NCBI RefSeq assembly: GCF_000143415.4
Contig: NW_003314272.1
Coordinates: 840,184-904,183, forward strand
From: Selaginella moellendorffii
Lineage: Eukaryota > Plantae > Lycopodiophyta
Length of the DNA stretch: 64,000 nt
Direction of reading: 5' to 3'
Positions 11,588 through 21,399 of the stretch are shown piece after piece. Every line of letters begins with the position of its first letter. Position 1 is the stretch's first letter. The notes under the pieces were generated by a model that was not told where the DNA came from, made no database searches, and saw only the letters and a program-made list of their open reading frames with translations. The position numbers and the translations under genes were made by a program.

Positions 11588-13332
11588 CTACTTGCTGGTC
11601 AGCTTTTTGCGAACTGCTTGAGTGACGTAGTCGATGTAAACCTGAGTGACAAACGGATGTTAGAAAGGAAGCTCTGTACAAATGAAAGACTTACATTGCC
11701 GTCGTATGATAAAGATGCAAACACCCAGGGGTCTCTAGCACTCCACGCGATGCCTGATTGACAAGCGGTTTCACAAAAGGAAGTACAAAGTGTGAGAAAC
11801 AAACCGTAAATGCTGTCTTCGTGCTCGTGATGAGAGCGAACAAGGGGATCCGAAATCTTTGGAGAACTCAGAGAACTGAAAAGAGATGTAACAACGAGCC
11901 AGCGTTTCAATCGAGAGGTTCACAAACCTTTTAGATTTGCCTTCGGCGGGAGGAGGTACGTACCAAAGGTTCACCATTGCATCGGTGCCTGCGCTCTTCA
12001 GCTCAACCAGTATAGGTTGCACATTCAGGAGTGACAACAAAAGCTTACGAGAATCAGTTCTTCGTACCGACGGTTGTATTGTACTCGCAATGTCCTACAA
12101 CTGAGAAGTTAGCACAACCCGAAGACTTATCGAGGAGCAAATAGTCACCAGTGTGCATGTCCAGGCAGTTCCGATAGTGGCATACCCGACATCCTCAAAT
12201 CCCATACTCGAACTTTTGAGTCGTCTCCAGAAGTAACCTGAGAAACCGACAGGCACTCGAATCCAGAGGACAAGTTTGATGATCATACTATTGTGTGCTG
12301 CCGTTTTGGATTGTAATCCAAGTCACGAACTTGTCCTGCATGAGCTTGATCCACAGTGCTCGCTTCTCTGGAACAAGACACACATCAAGTTTCAAAAAGA
12401 AAAAAACTTGCAGTAGGATCTTACCTCATAGTTCGCAGATCCCAGCACTTCAAGGAAGTTCCACACGCAGTGGCGACGATGTCTACGTCGTGAGGACTCC
12501 AACAGCCTCCGGCCATCTGCTGCAAGCCAGAAGAGACACGCCCCAGCTCCTGGCACACAAACGCAACACTAGTATCTCAGAAAATCTCGGGTTTACAAAC
12601 TCTTTACCTTTGCAGGCTTTCCAGACGGATCCAAATCCCAGACATATAAATTCTCAGCGTCGATGCTAACTATCTGGTGATGTTTTCCTTTCGGGAACCA
12701 AAGAGTGCTGCAAGGAAGGGAAACATGATCGGTGTAGAAGAGAGAATACACTCTACGTACCATTTGATGCGCTGTGTATGTCCGTCTAGAGAGGCTAGTT
12801 TTTGCAAAGGCGTGTTTGCAGCACCCCTTGCTCGCTCCGGTAACTTCCAGATTGCAGCACCGAATTCACCAGCTGCACAACGAAGAATCAATAAGAAACA
12901 GGGAGAAAACTAGTAGAAGTTGCAACCTACACCTTACCGGATGCATACACAGTGGACAAGATGCTCACATCAAACGGACAAGCCGAGAGTCCCCAGATCT
13001 CGGAAGGATGCGTGTATAGTCCATCGAAAGCTAGAGCTCCGGTCTTGTCTCCAATTTGCAAGAGGTGTATCTACATTCCAACCAAAAGGAAAACAAAACG
13101 AAGATAGCGAGCGAAAAAATCTCCACTCCACACCTCATTCTCCTCCCGCAGGCTCAGCGTACCAACAAGAAATCGCGTCCGCTGCGTGTCAGCTACAACA
13201 GCCGCGATGCATCTAGCCTGAAGAACAAAAATGATCATCCGCATTGTCAAGAGTCAGATCTGCGATCGATCCAGCGGAAGAAACAAATGGCACCTGGTAC
13301 TTGACGCCATAGGTGTTCTGCGAGCCTTGCAT
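11588..13332 (-). CDS. DWA2: WD40 protein of the DWA2/EIPR1 (TSSC1) family, multi-exon
   Basis: MQGSQNTYGVKYQ start; GAAIWKLPE; VRVWDLRMSGMPLSELPGHAHW; SAGTDAMVNLW; HEDSIYG, IAWSARDPWVFASLSYDG; last exon VYIDYVTQAVRKKLTSK*; short GT-AG introns. Confidence 0.88.
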
Positions 13333-14260
13333 CGCATCCTCCTCTCCTCCTGCCCTAAAATGATCGTAGAATATTCGAAGAATTTGATACGTTTCGGCTC
13401 CACATTTTAGGCACCTTCTCGTCGTGCTCGGGCGCGAGCTGGCGCATCTGGTACAAACGAGAAAATTGTTTCGAAGTTTGCAATGGAAGGATTCTTCCTG
13501 GAATACCATGGAGGGTTTCTTCTTGGTTTTCAAGAATAAAATTACAAGTCTTAGAAGGTGCTCTTTCGCGCTTTGAGCTAGAGACCAAGTTCATGAGCAC
13601 TGTGTTGGATTGTTACATGCTTGACATGGGAGAGGGATTCAGTTGCTCACTGTCGTCCCCGTAAGATCGAGAAGTTTGCCACTTTCATGCCTGGTTTTAC
13701 TTTCTTCCAGGACACCGACTTTGAAATCGCGGTCCGTTTTGAGGCGGTCAACGCGGTCAAGGGCTGGTAGTCAACGTGAGATGACGCCTCATGACAGATT
13801 TTTTATCAACTCGAGGCCACATGCAGACGCCGAATTAACGCTGCTTCGACTGAGGATCTAAAATACGTGGACGATGTACTATAGCATTAGGAAAATCTTC
13901 TTAAATTTCTTTGAATCTCAGGTGCTTTTACCTGATCATCTCGACAACTGGGCGCGTACGATCATGGTCTGGTCCGAGCCATTGATGCCATGGGTAATAG
14001 CTTTAAGTTGCTCCTTCTGGTTTTTGTCGAAATAATGCTTCTCATCCTCTGCTGCGAGTACGTGCTTCCGAGGGACAGGCCTTCTACGATCCGGACTTGA
14101 TGAGAAAACCAAATACACGTTGCGAGTTGAGTCGATTCTCATGATGGAATTCGCGACTTGATCCACAAGTGCCACGATCTGGCCAAAAGCTTACATCACC
14201 CAGAACGCATGCAATGGAAAGTAAAATAGAAGAGCTTGTTGCTAGTTTGGTTTGAACATG

Positions 14261-15088
14261 GACTCAAGCAGTTTGCAAGAAGCTGACCAGAAAATAGCCT
14301 CGCGTCAGTATCAAACGTAATCGATGTATACCTGAAGGTAGCAAGGGTTTTCTACCAGTAAAAGACATACATTCCCGTCGTATGATAGAGATCTCTTTCA
14401 CTTCAAGCGATGCCTGTTTGACAGATTAACAGACTGTAAAAGGATGGGACACAAACCAAAGATGCTGTCTTCATGCTCGTGGTAGGATCGGACGAGAGGA
14501 TCCGAAAGATTTGGAGGGCTCACAGCTGAAAGAGATGTAAGTCACACGCAAGTGTTTCGATCGACAGACCTGTTAGTTTTGCCTTCAGCCGGAGGAGGTA
14601 CGCACCAGAAATTCACCATTGCATCGGTACCTGCGCTCTTCAATAAGTTGCACATCCAGGAGTGACAACAAAAGCTTGCGAGAATCAGTTCTTCGTATCG
14701 ATGGTTGTATTGCACTCGTAATGTCCTGTGATCCACAACCAGAAGATACAGAAGTGTGCGTGCCCAGGCAGTACCTGACATCCTCAAATCCCACATCGAA
14801 CTTTTGAGTTGTCGCCAGAAGTTACCTGAAAATTCCGACAGGCATTGAAACCGAGACGAGAGATGAACAAGCACACTGTTGTGTGCTGCCATTTTGGATT
14901 GAAATCCAAGTCACGAACTTGTCCTGCATGAGCTTGGTCCACAGTGCTCGCTTCTCTGAAACAAGAGACATATCAGGAAGAAAAATGCAGCACTTGAGGA
15001 TCTTACTTCATAGTTCGCAGATCCCAGCACTTCAAAGAAGTTCCACATGCAGTGGCGACGATTTCTATGTCGTGCAGACTCCAACAGC
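14261..15088 (-). pseudogene. Partial duplicate of the 3' half of DWA2, frameshifted
   Basis: Exon and intron similarity to about 11590-12510; deletions break the VWDLR..LPGH exon; the 5' half is missing. Confidence 0.85.
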
Positions 15089-16123
15089 ATATTCTACAAT
15101 TCATCATTGTAACAGGCTAAGGTGATGCTAGTGACAATAGTGTCCAGTTTGGTCGAACCCCAACCGAGTGCTGACGTGGCAAGTGGGTGTGTGAGGGTTC
15201 TTGGTTTGTGCCCCAAAATCCGGAAGAGTCACCAAAAGCTCTGGAAAGTAACTCACCGCAAGCCATTCTTGGTATTGACATAACTACTGCAAGAGAAACC
15301 TGCCCAAAGGTACCAACAGGGTTTTTGTGGGGAAGATGGGAGGAAACAAGCAATAGGTGTTGGGTGTGAGCATGTTCGGTGTTCTTGTGTTTCAAAGGTT
15401 GATCTCTCTTGAGAAACTTTCTCTAGTTTCTTTGTTTGTGTCCATGAATGGAGAGCTGGTCCCTGTTATGGTGGAGATGAGGGGCAGCCACATTGCTGAA
15501 TGCTCTCACAAGCAGTGTGTGACTATCCATTCCTGGACTATTTACAGAAGATTGACAATTGCTAAATTAAGCATCATGAGTGAGCAATGTACACAAAGTT
15601 TGCTTTGTGTGGCATTGGAAACTTTCAGTGAGAACCTGAAGGGCATTGCTGGAAACTGATGCAGTAAATCTAGGCAAAGGCTTGGCATAACAAGAAAGCT
15701 AAACAAGAGAGCTGTTTGAACACTTTGTGCATGTGAGAGGAAATTTATTGTGGCTAGTGTTATAGCATGCTAACAATTCCTTCTTGGGGAATGGCAAATA
15801 TTGAGGCAAATGCTCTTTAGGTGTAAGGAATGAAAAAGAGAAAATCCCAAGGGTTGTGTTTGCTAAGCAAATTGTTGAAAGGCCAAATTCAATTGTAATG
15901 GCTTTGAGCTCAATAAGTTATAATGGCTCTAAATTCTCTAAGGATTGTAGAGAGTTGATTTTGATTCTAGTGGCTCAGATAAGAATGAATGTGACCTTAT
16001 GTCATAAGTGGATGTCAGCTTGGCTCAGAGCATGGAGGTTTGATTCTATAAATATGACGCAAATCCAAAAATGTAAGAGAGAATAGGTCCGTACATCTTA
16101 ATTAAGGGTTCTTCCTCTACATT

Positions 16124-17635
16124 TTAGGGTTCTTGCATTGGGGAGCGCCATTCTTTCGATCCTATCAACTGGATCCCAGTCGGTACGTCTTGGCAGCTGC
16201 GTACATTGGGCTCGAATCTTGGATCGCTGCGGCGCTTGCAATCGCATCCGTACGGCGCCGCGGCGTGGAAGCAGGGATCCATGGAAATCAGCCTGGAGCA
16301 ATTGGCGGTGGCGCCGCGATCGTCATTGTCAGCGAGGAGGAGCCACGGTTTGATCCCGGCCAGGCCCTGGGCGACGTACCCAAACGTGGATCCGGGGCTG
16401 GTGACGAGCTCGTCACACATCGACAGCAGTACCATCTCCGCCAGCGCCTTCTCGTCGTGCTCCAAGTTGTCTGTCCTCTGCGATTCTTCGTGGCCTGGGG
16501 AGAGAACTCTCACGACTCCATCCGATTCCAGGGAGAAATTTCGTAGCCTCTGGAAGAAGAACCGATCCAGCGATGTCACGAGCGCCGTGGTCTTCGATCT
16601 GGATCTGTTCGAGGGGAGATCAAAGAGGCTGTTTTGGAGGAGGCACTGGATCATCGCTTGGGCGAAGCTGGATTGCGAGTGCGGTCGCAGGCCCAGATTG
16701 GGCGCGAGCTGGCGCATCTGGATCCCGATCAGCTTGCTCGAGTCCGCCATGGAGGCTTTGTAGAATCTGGAAGCTTGATCCCACACGGAGTTGGATGGTG
16801 AGAACAAGTAGCGCCCAAGGTGGTGGAACACGACGGTCTCTTGCTCCGCCGGGAAGAGACAATCGAGCTCGGCCTTGAATCGCGGCACCGCGTACAAGCT
16901 GGGAGCGTAGTACTGGCTACTCCGGATCGACAGCCACGCCACTCGATCGCCCAGCGCGCGCTGCTGCCGCTCGCAGAAGAAATTCTCGCCCAGGCTTGTC
17001 TCGCTGATGATGTCGATGGAGAGGTGGCTGCCGAGCACCCGATCGAGATCGTCGGCGCAGAAGCGATGATCGAACTTGGGCTTGGGATCGCCGAGCGCGA
17101 ATTTGTTGAGGATCTCCCGCGAGACTAGCCAGGAGCTGCGAGGGAATGGCTCACAGAAGAGATTTGCCATGTCCTCGCCGGGATCGATGAGGAGCACCCT
17201 GTCCGTGAGGAGCGCGTAGAGGAAAGTGGCGGCGATGGACACCATCTTGTTGCCAAGGCCGCTGAAGTTGATCCACACCACGAATTTGCACTCGCTAGTC
17301 GTGAGATTCCCGCGGCGATCCCAGGATTGGGGATGATTTGGAGCGCAGCGCGCGTGGAGATCTTCGTACGAGCGCAGTCTTCTCGCGAGGCTTGTAGATG
17401 GGATGTTGCGATCGATCGCGGCTGCACGGTAGTATAGGTGCCGCTGGAGCCGGCTCTGGCATCGATCGTTCTCCCGGATGGGCAGCAATCCATGCAGCGA
17501 TTCTCTATCGCGAGAAGCTCTCGAGGAGGAGAAGTAACAAATTCCTTTGGCTACCTCCCAGATCCGAAACTCTAGAACCAGCAAGTAGATAGAAATCGCG
17601 AGAATTCCCGGCACTAGCATTTTCGTCGCGCCCAT
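16124..17635 (-). CDS. GT37 xyloglucan/galactoside 2-alpha-L-fucosyltransferase (FUT1-like), intronless
   Basis: N-terminal TM anchor; CKFVVWINFSGLGNK; FLYALLTDRVLLID; VFHHLGRYLF; IGIQMR; ALAEMVLLS..LVTSPGSTFGYVAQGLAG; SMDPCFH. The start codon is uncertain. Confidence 0.92.
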   Translation of the reverse strand: MGATKMLVPGILAISIYLLVLEFRIWEVAKGICYFSSSRASRDRESLHGLLPIRENDRCQSRLQRHLYYRAAAIDRNIPSTSLARRLRSYEDLHARCAPNHPQSWDRRGNLTTSECKFVVWINFSGLGNKMVSIAATFLYALLTDRVLLIDPGEDMANLFCEPFPRSSWLVSREILNKFALGDPKPKFDHRFCADDLDRVLGSHLSIDIISETSLGENFFCERQQRALGDRVAWLSIRSSQYYAPSLYAVPRFKAELDCLFPAEQETVVFHHLGRYLFSPSNSVWDQASRFYKASMADSSKLIGIQMRQLAPNLGLRPHSQSSFAQAMIQCLLQNSLFDLPSNRSRSKTTALVTSLDRFFFQRLRNFSLESDGVVRVLSPGHEESQRTDNLEHDEKALAEMVLLSMCDELVTSPGSTFGYVAQGLAGIKPWLLLADNDDRGATANCSRLISMDPCFHAAAPYGCDCKRRSDPRFEPNVRSCQDVPTGIQLIGSKEWRSPMQEP

Positions 17636-17922
17636 CCGGCCCAAAGTTTGGTGATCTCCAAACTCCCGAAGTTTGAAATTCCAAAGCAACGAATATTCTC
17701 TGATTTGTGCCAGGGTACGGAGACCCCATGCCGTCCGTACGTCTCCGAGCTCTCAGGAGCTATGCTGTGCCTCTACGCTAGGGTTTGTGGCAGCGCAGCG
17801 AAGATCCGGGGCGCTCTCCACATCGGTACGTCTTTCAAGCTGCGGGGATCCCGAGCTCCATTCTCCGCGGCGATCGCCTGATCCGGACGGAGCGGCGCGA
17901 GAGATCGGAGGGGAGCGACAAG

Positions 17923-19399
17923 ATGGACAAGGTCGCGGGATGGGTTGGAGGAAGCCTGGCGTCGGCATTCTTCGCGTCGCTGGAGCGATCGTCGTGCGTG
18001 ACCTTGTCGACCACGGACACGGACGACGAGGAGGATGTGCCGCTCGAGGTCCGGGTGGATACCGGGCACCAGAGCAGCGCGTCCTGCGCGGATCATCAGG
18101 GCTACAAGCTGGGGCTCGTCGGCCACGACAAGTTCGTGAGGAGCAATCCCATGTCCGATCGCTTCGGTGTTCTTGGCTTCCACCACGTCGAGTTTTGGTG
18201 TGGCGACGCCTCCAACACCTGGCGGCGATTCGCGTGGGGGCTGGGGATGCATCTGGTGGCCAAGTCGGATCACAGCACAGGGAATCACACGTACTGCAGC
18301 TACGTGATCAGCTCCCGTGAGCTCGTCTTCGCCTTCACTGCTCCTTACTCGTCCAAGAAGGCCGACCAGGAGCTCAGCCAGATGCCACACCCGGGCTTCT
18401 CATCGAGCGACGCACGGCGGTTCTTTTCCATGCACGGGCTGGCGGTGCGAGCGGTGGGGCTCCTGGTGGAGGATGCGGAGGAGGCTTTCCGGAAGAGTGT
18501 TCTTGGCGGAGCTCTGGCGGTGTTTCAGCCCCAGGAGCTCGCGGACGAGGCCACCGGTGCGAAGGCTGTGATATCAGAGGTGAAGCTGCTCGGGGACGTG
18601 GTGCTGAGATACGTAAGCTTGAAGGGATTCTCGGGAGCTTTCTTGCCGAATTACACGCCGGTGGAGAGCCTCCCGCTCACTTCCGGGTTTGTGAGGCTCA
18701 GCTACGTTGCGGCGAATGTTTACAACCTTCTCGACACCGTCAACCACATTGTCAAGTTTACGGGATTCCACGAGGTGGCCGAGTATACGACGGACGACGT
18801 TGGGACCAAAGACAGCGGCTTGAACACCATGGCTCTTGCGAGCAACAACGAGACGGTTGTTTTTTCGCTGAGTGAGCCGACTTACGGGACCAAGCGCCAG
18901 TCGCCCATTCAGACTTACCTGGAGCAGAATGAAGGCTCAGGGATCCAGCGCTTGGCTCTTCAGTGCGACGACATTTTTGGGACTGTGAATGATATCCGTG
19001 ATAGGATCGATGCTGGTGGCTTTGAGTTCTTGCCAGCTCCTGGTCCCGAGTATTATGATTCCATGCGCGGAAAGGTTGGCAGCGTTTTGACTGAAGAGCA
19101 GATACTTAAATGCCAAGAGCTCGGTATTTGGATCGACAAGGACGAGCACGGCATTCTCTTACAAATATTTACCAAGCCCGTAGGAGATAGGTACGTGTGT
19201 CGTATTTCCTTGGCACGACCTAAGTTGTTTTCTACGCAGGCCCACCCTGTTTCTAGAGATCATCCAGCGTTTTACTTCGATCGAAAGCCAGAGTTTTCAG
19301 GCGGACAAGTTCGATGTTGTTGGGAAGGATAACTTTTCGGCACTGTACCGATGCTTGGAAGAGTATGAGAAGACTCTGGATGCAACACGGCAGATTTAG
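17923..19399 (+). CDS. 4-hydroxyphenylpyruvate dioxygenase-like protein, predicted non-catalytic, with an extra N-terminal domain; intron 19191-19239
   Basis: FVRSNPMSDRF, FHHVEFWCGDA, AKSDHSTGN, FAFTAPYS, HGLAVRAV, IQTYLEQNEG, LLQIFTKPVGDR|PTLFLEIIQR, GKDNFSAL..EEYEKTL. A 49-nt GT-AG intron restores the frame. Confidence 0.9.
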
Positions 19400-19851
19400 C
19401 AATGTAACTTACTGGTTCGTCGACAAGCAGCAATGAGCTACTCAAGTAAACGCTGTGCATCCCCTTGGACGTTGGGTAGGATCGTTTGATTGGGAGGAGT
19501 ATTTCAAACTTAAATGCGGGGGTGGCAGTTCAGCGCGAATGAGCAGATGCAAATATGTGTTACGAAATTGAATCAGATGGTAATGTGGGATGTGGGAAGA
19601 ACAATCAGAAAAAAAGAAAAGAAAAGAAGGAAAGTCCTCTACGGAACTACGCAAGAAGAGAACTCAAGGACTGTGCGGGGGAAACTCATCTCGTACATTT
19701 AGCCATTTTTCTTCTTCATTCATCGGCGATGACTTGAAACGTTGGAGAACGAGTATCAACACGATAGTAGCTACTGCGCGACAAAAAAATTCACGAATAA
19801 TTTGGAACTTGAGCAGCGGCAGGCTGGGACGTAAAACCAATCGGTTTTCGT

Positions 19852-20648
19852 TCATGCTTTGATCTTCTTGGGAGCTGCTTGGTTGTCCAAGACGACGTAG
19901 CTTCCACACCTGGGACAGTGTGGATTCTTCGGGGACAGCATGACGTACATGAGGCAGCTCTTGCATCCGGTCACTATAATTCCAGACGAGGAGCAGTCGT
20001 CGCAAGAAGAGGTCCGTTTGTGGTCCAAGTTGGTCCCCTCGGCGGCCAGTTTTGATGAAGAAGAAACAGCTGCTAGATTGCGTGGAGAAGTCGGCTTGCA
20101 TCCTAAATTCAGTTCCAGGTCCAGGTGCTCTTCCAAGGTGGAAGTCGGGCTGTTGTTTTTCGCGTGGTGAGCTTTGACGGAGGTGGCTCGGCTGCTGTTG
20201 CTCTGGAGGAGATCGAGGCAGAGAGACGAGCTCCGATTCAACGAGCCGGACTGTAGGAGCCGGGGATCGTCAATGGTGCTCAAACCGGTGCTACAGTTGA
20301 CGAAAGTTATGGAGCCAGACTGCGGCAAGAGAAGAACTTTCAGCCAAGAGAAAGGAAGAGGAATGGACAGCAATGAGTTCTTGGTACCTTCAAGTCGAGG
20401 CGCTTCTCCCATCCGGTTGGAAGCGGTGGCTCTTTTTCGTGATCCAGATGGACAGTCTCCGAGGATTGGCACGGACGGATTGCTGGCGGAAGCGGTCCCG
20501 AGCTGTCGACCGGCTTTCCCATCATCAGGCTGAGGATCTTCTGGGGGTCCTCGCTCCAGGCGTGTGGCTCCTTGGCACTTGTCGTCTTGATCGAGCTTGT
20601 GCACAATTCAGCAGCCTGCCAGCCCAGCTCCATTGTTGCAACTGTCAT
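19852..20648 (-). CDS. CFL1 (CURLY FLAG LEAF 1)-like WW-domain protein with EAR motif and C-terminal Cys-rich ribbon; intron 20320-20387
   Basis: PLPTGWEKRLDLK|SGSITFVNCSTGLSTIDDPR (WW-like); LDLELNL; TGCKSCLMYVML..PHCPRCG. Confidence 0.85.
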
Positions 20649-20701
20649 CCGGAAGTGGAAGAATACGAGGCGAAGAGGTGGAAGGAAAGATGGGATAGGA
20701 C

Positions 20702-20741
20702 GAAGAAGAAGAAGAAGAAGAAGAAGAGCAGCAGCAGCAGC
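20702..20741 (+). repeat. (GAA)n/(GCA)n microsatellite upstream of the CFL1-like start
   Basis: Visible triplet runs. Confidence 0.9.
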
Positions 20742-21011
20742 TATAGATGGCTAGATAGAGTGGAGGAAACGGGGGAGAAGGGAAGAGCACAGGGAAAGGA
20801 AGATTAGTATAGAACGAGAACGTGAGGGACGTGCTTTGAATAGCAGCGGAGAAGCGTAAAGGATGCCAAGACTCTCCCATGAGCTGCATACAATGATAAG
20901 TAGGCGGGCGAGCTCTTTGTCCGGCCAGCCAGCCAGTATTTCTCTTCAGAAAGGTGGGGTCTGCAGCCCGTGCTTTGCATTAAATGCAGGTATCTTTAAG
21001 CAGCACTTCTC

Positions 21012-21216
21012 AGCAAGTAAGTATGCGATCTCTCCCCTCATTTTCTCCTTGCTTTCCGTTTTTTGCTAGTTGGCTTTCCTGGCTGCTGGTGGTGGTGGTG
21101 ATTGACTAAGCAAGCAAGTAAGTATGCGATCTCTCCCCTCATTTTCTCCTTGCTTTCCGTTTTTTGCTAGTTGGCTTTCCTGGCTGGTGGTGGTGGTGGT
21201 GATTGACTAAGCAAGC
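21012..21216 (+). repeat. 101-bp tandem duplication
   Basis: Two almost identical copies starting AGCAAGTAAGTATGCGATC, period 101. Confidence 0.93.
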
Positions 21217-21399
21217 AAGCATTCATGCTGGCATTTGCATTTGCATTGGCAGTGATTACATGCTCTTTGTTGAGATCTCGCCGATTTCAATCCCATCATA
21301 TACTGAAGTCCAAAAATCTCTTTAACCACCCGAAACAGGGAAGACGAGGGTGGGGGGGCCTCTCAAGTGGTGAAGTAGCTTGCATCAAGCCAAATCCAC

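Noticed and set aside
13936-14175. 79-aa minus-strand ORF between DWA2 and its duplicate
   Set aside because: Non-ATG start and no recognisable homology.
15108-16095. Possible solo LTR (TGTAAC...GTACA) truncating the DWA2 duplicate
   Set aside because: Flanks ATCAT and TCTTA do not form a TSD and there is no second copy in the window.
17785-19332. 515-aa ORF as called in the track
   Set aside because: It uses a non-ATG start and reads through the 19191-19239 intron; the spliced 17923-19399 model restores the HPPD C-terminus.
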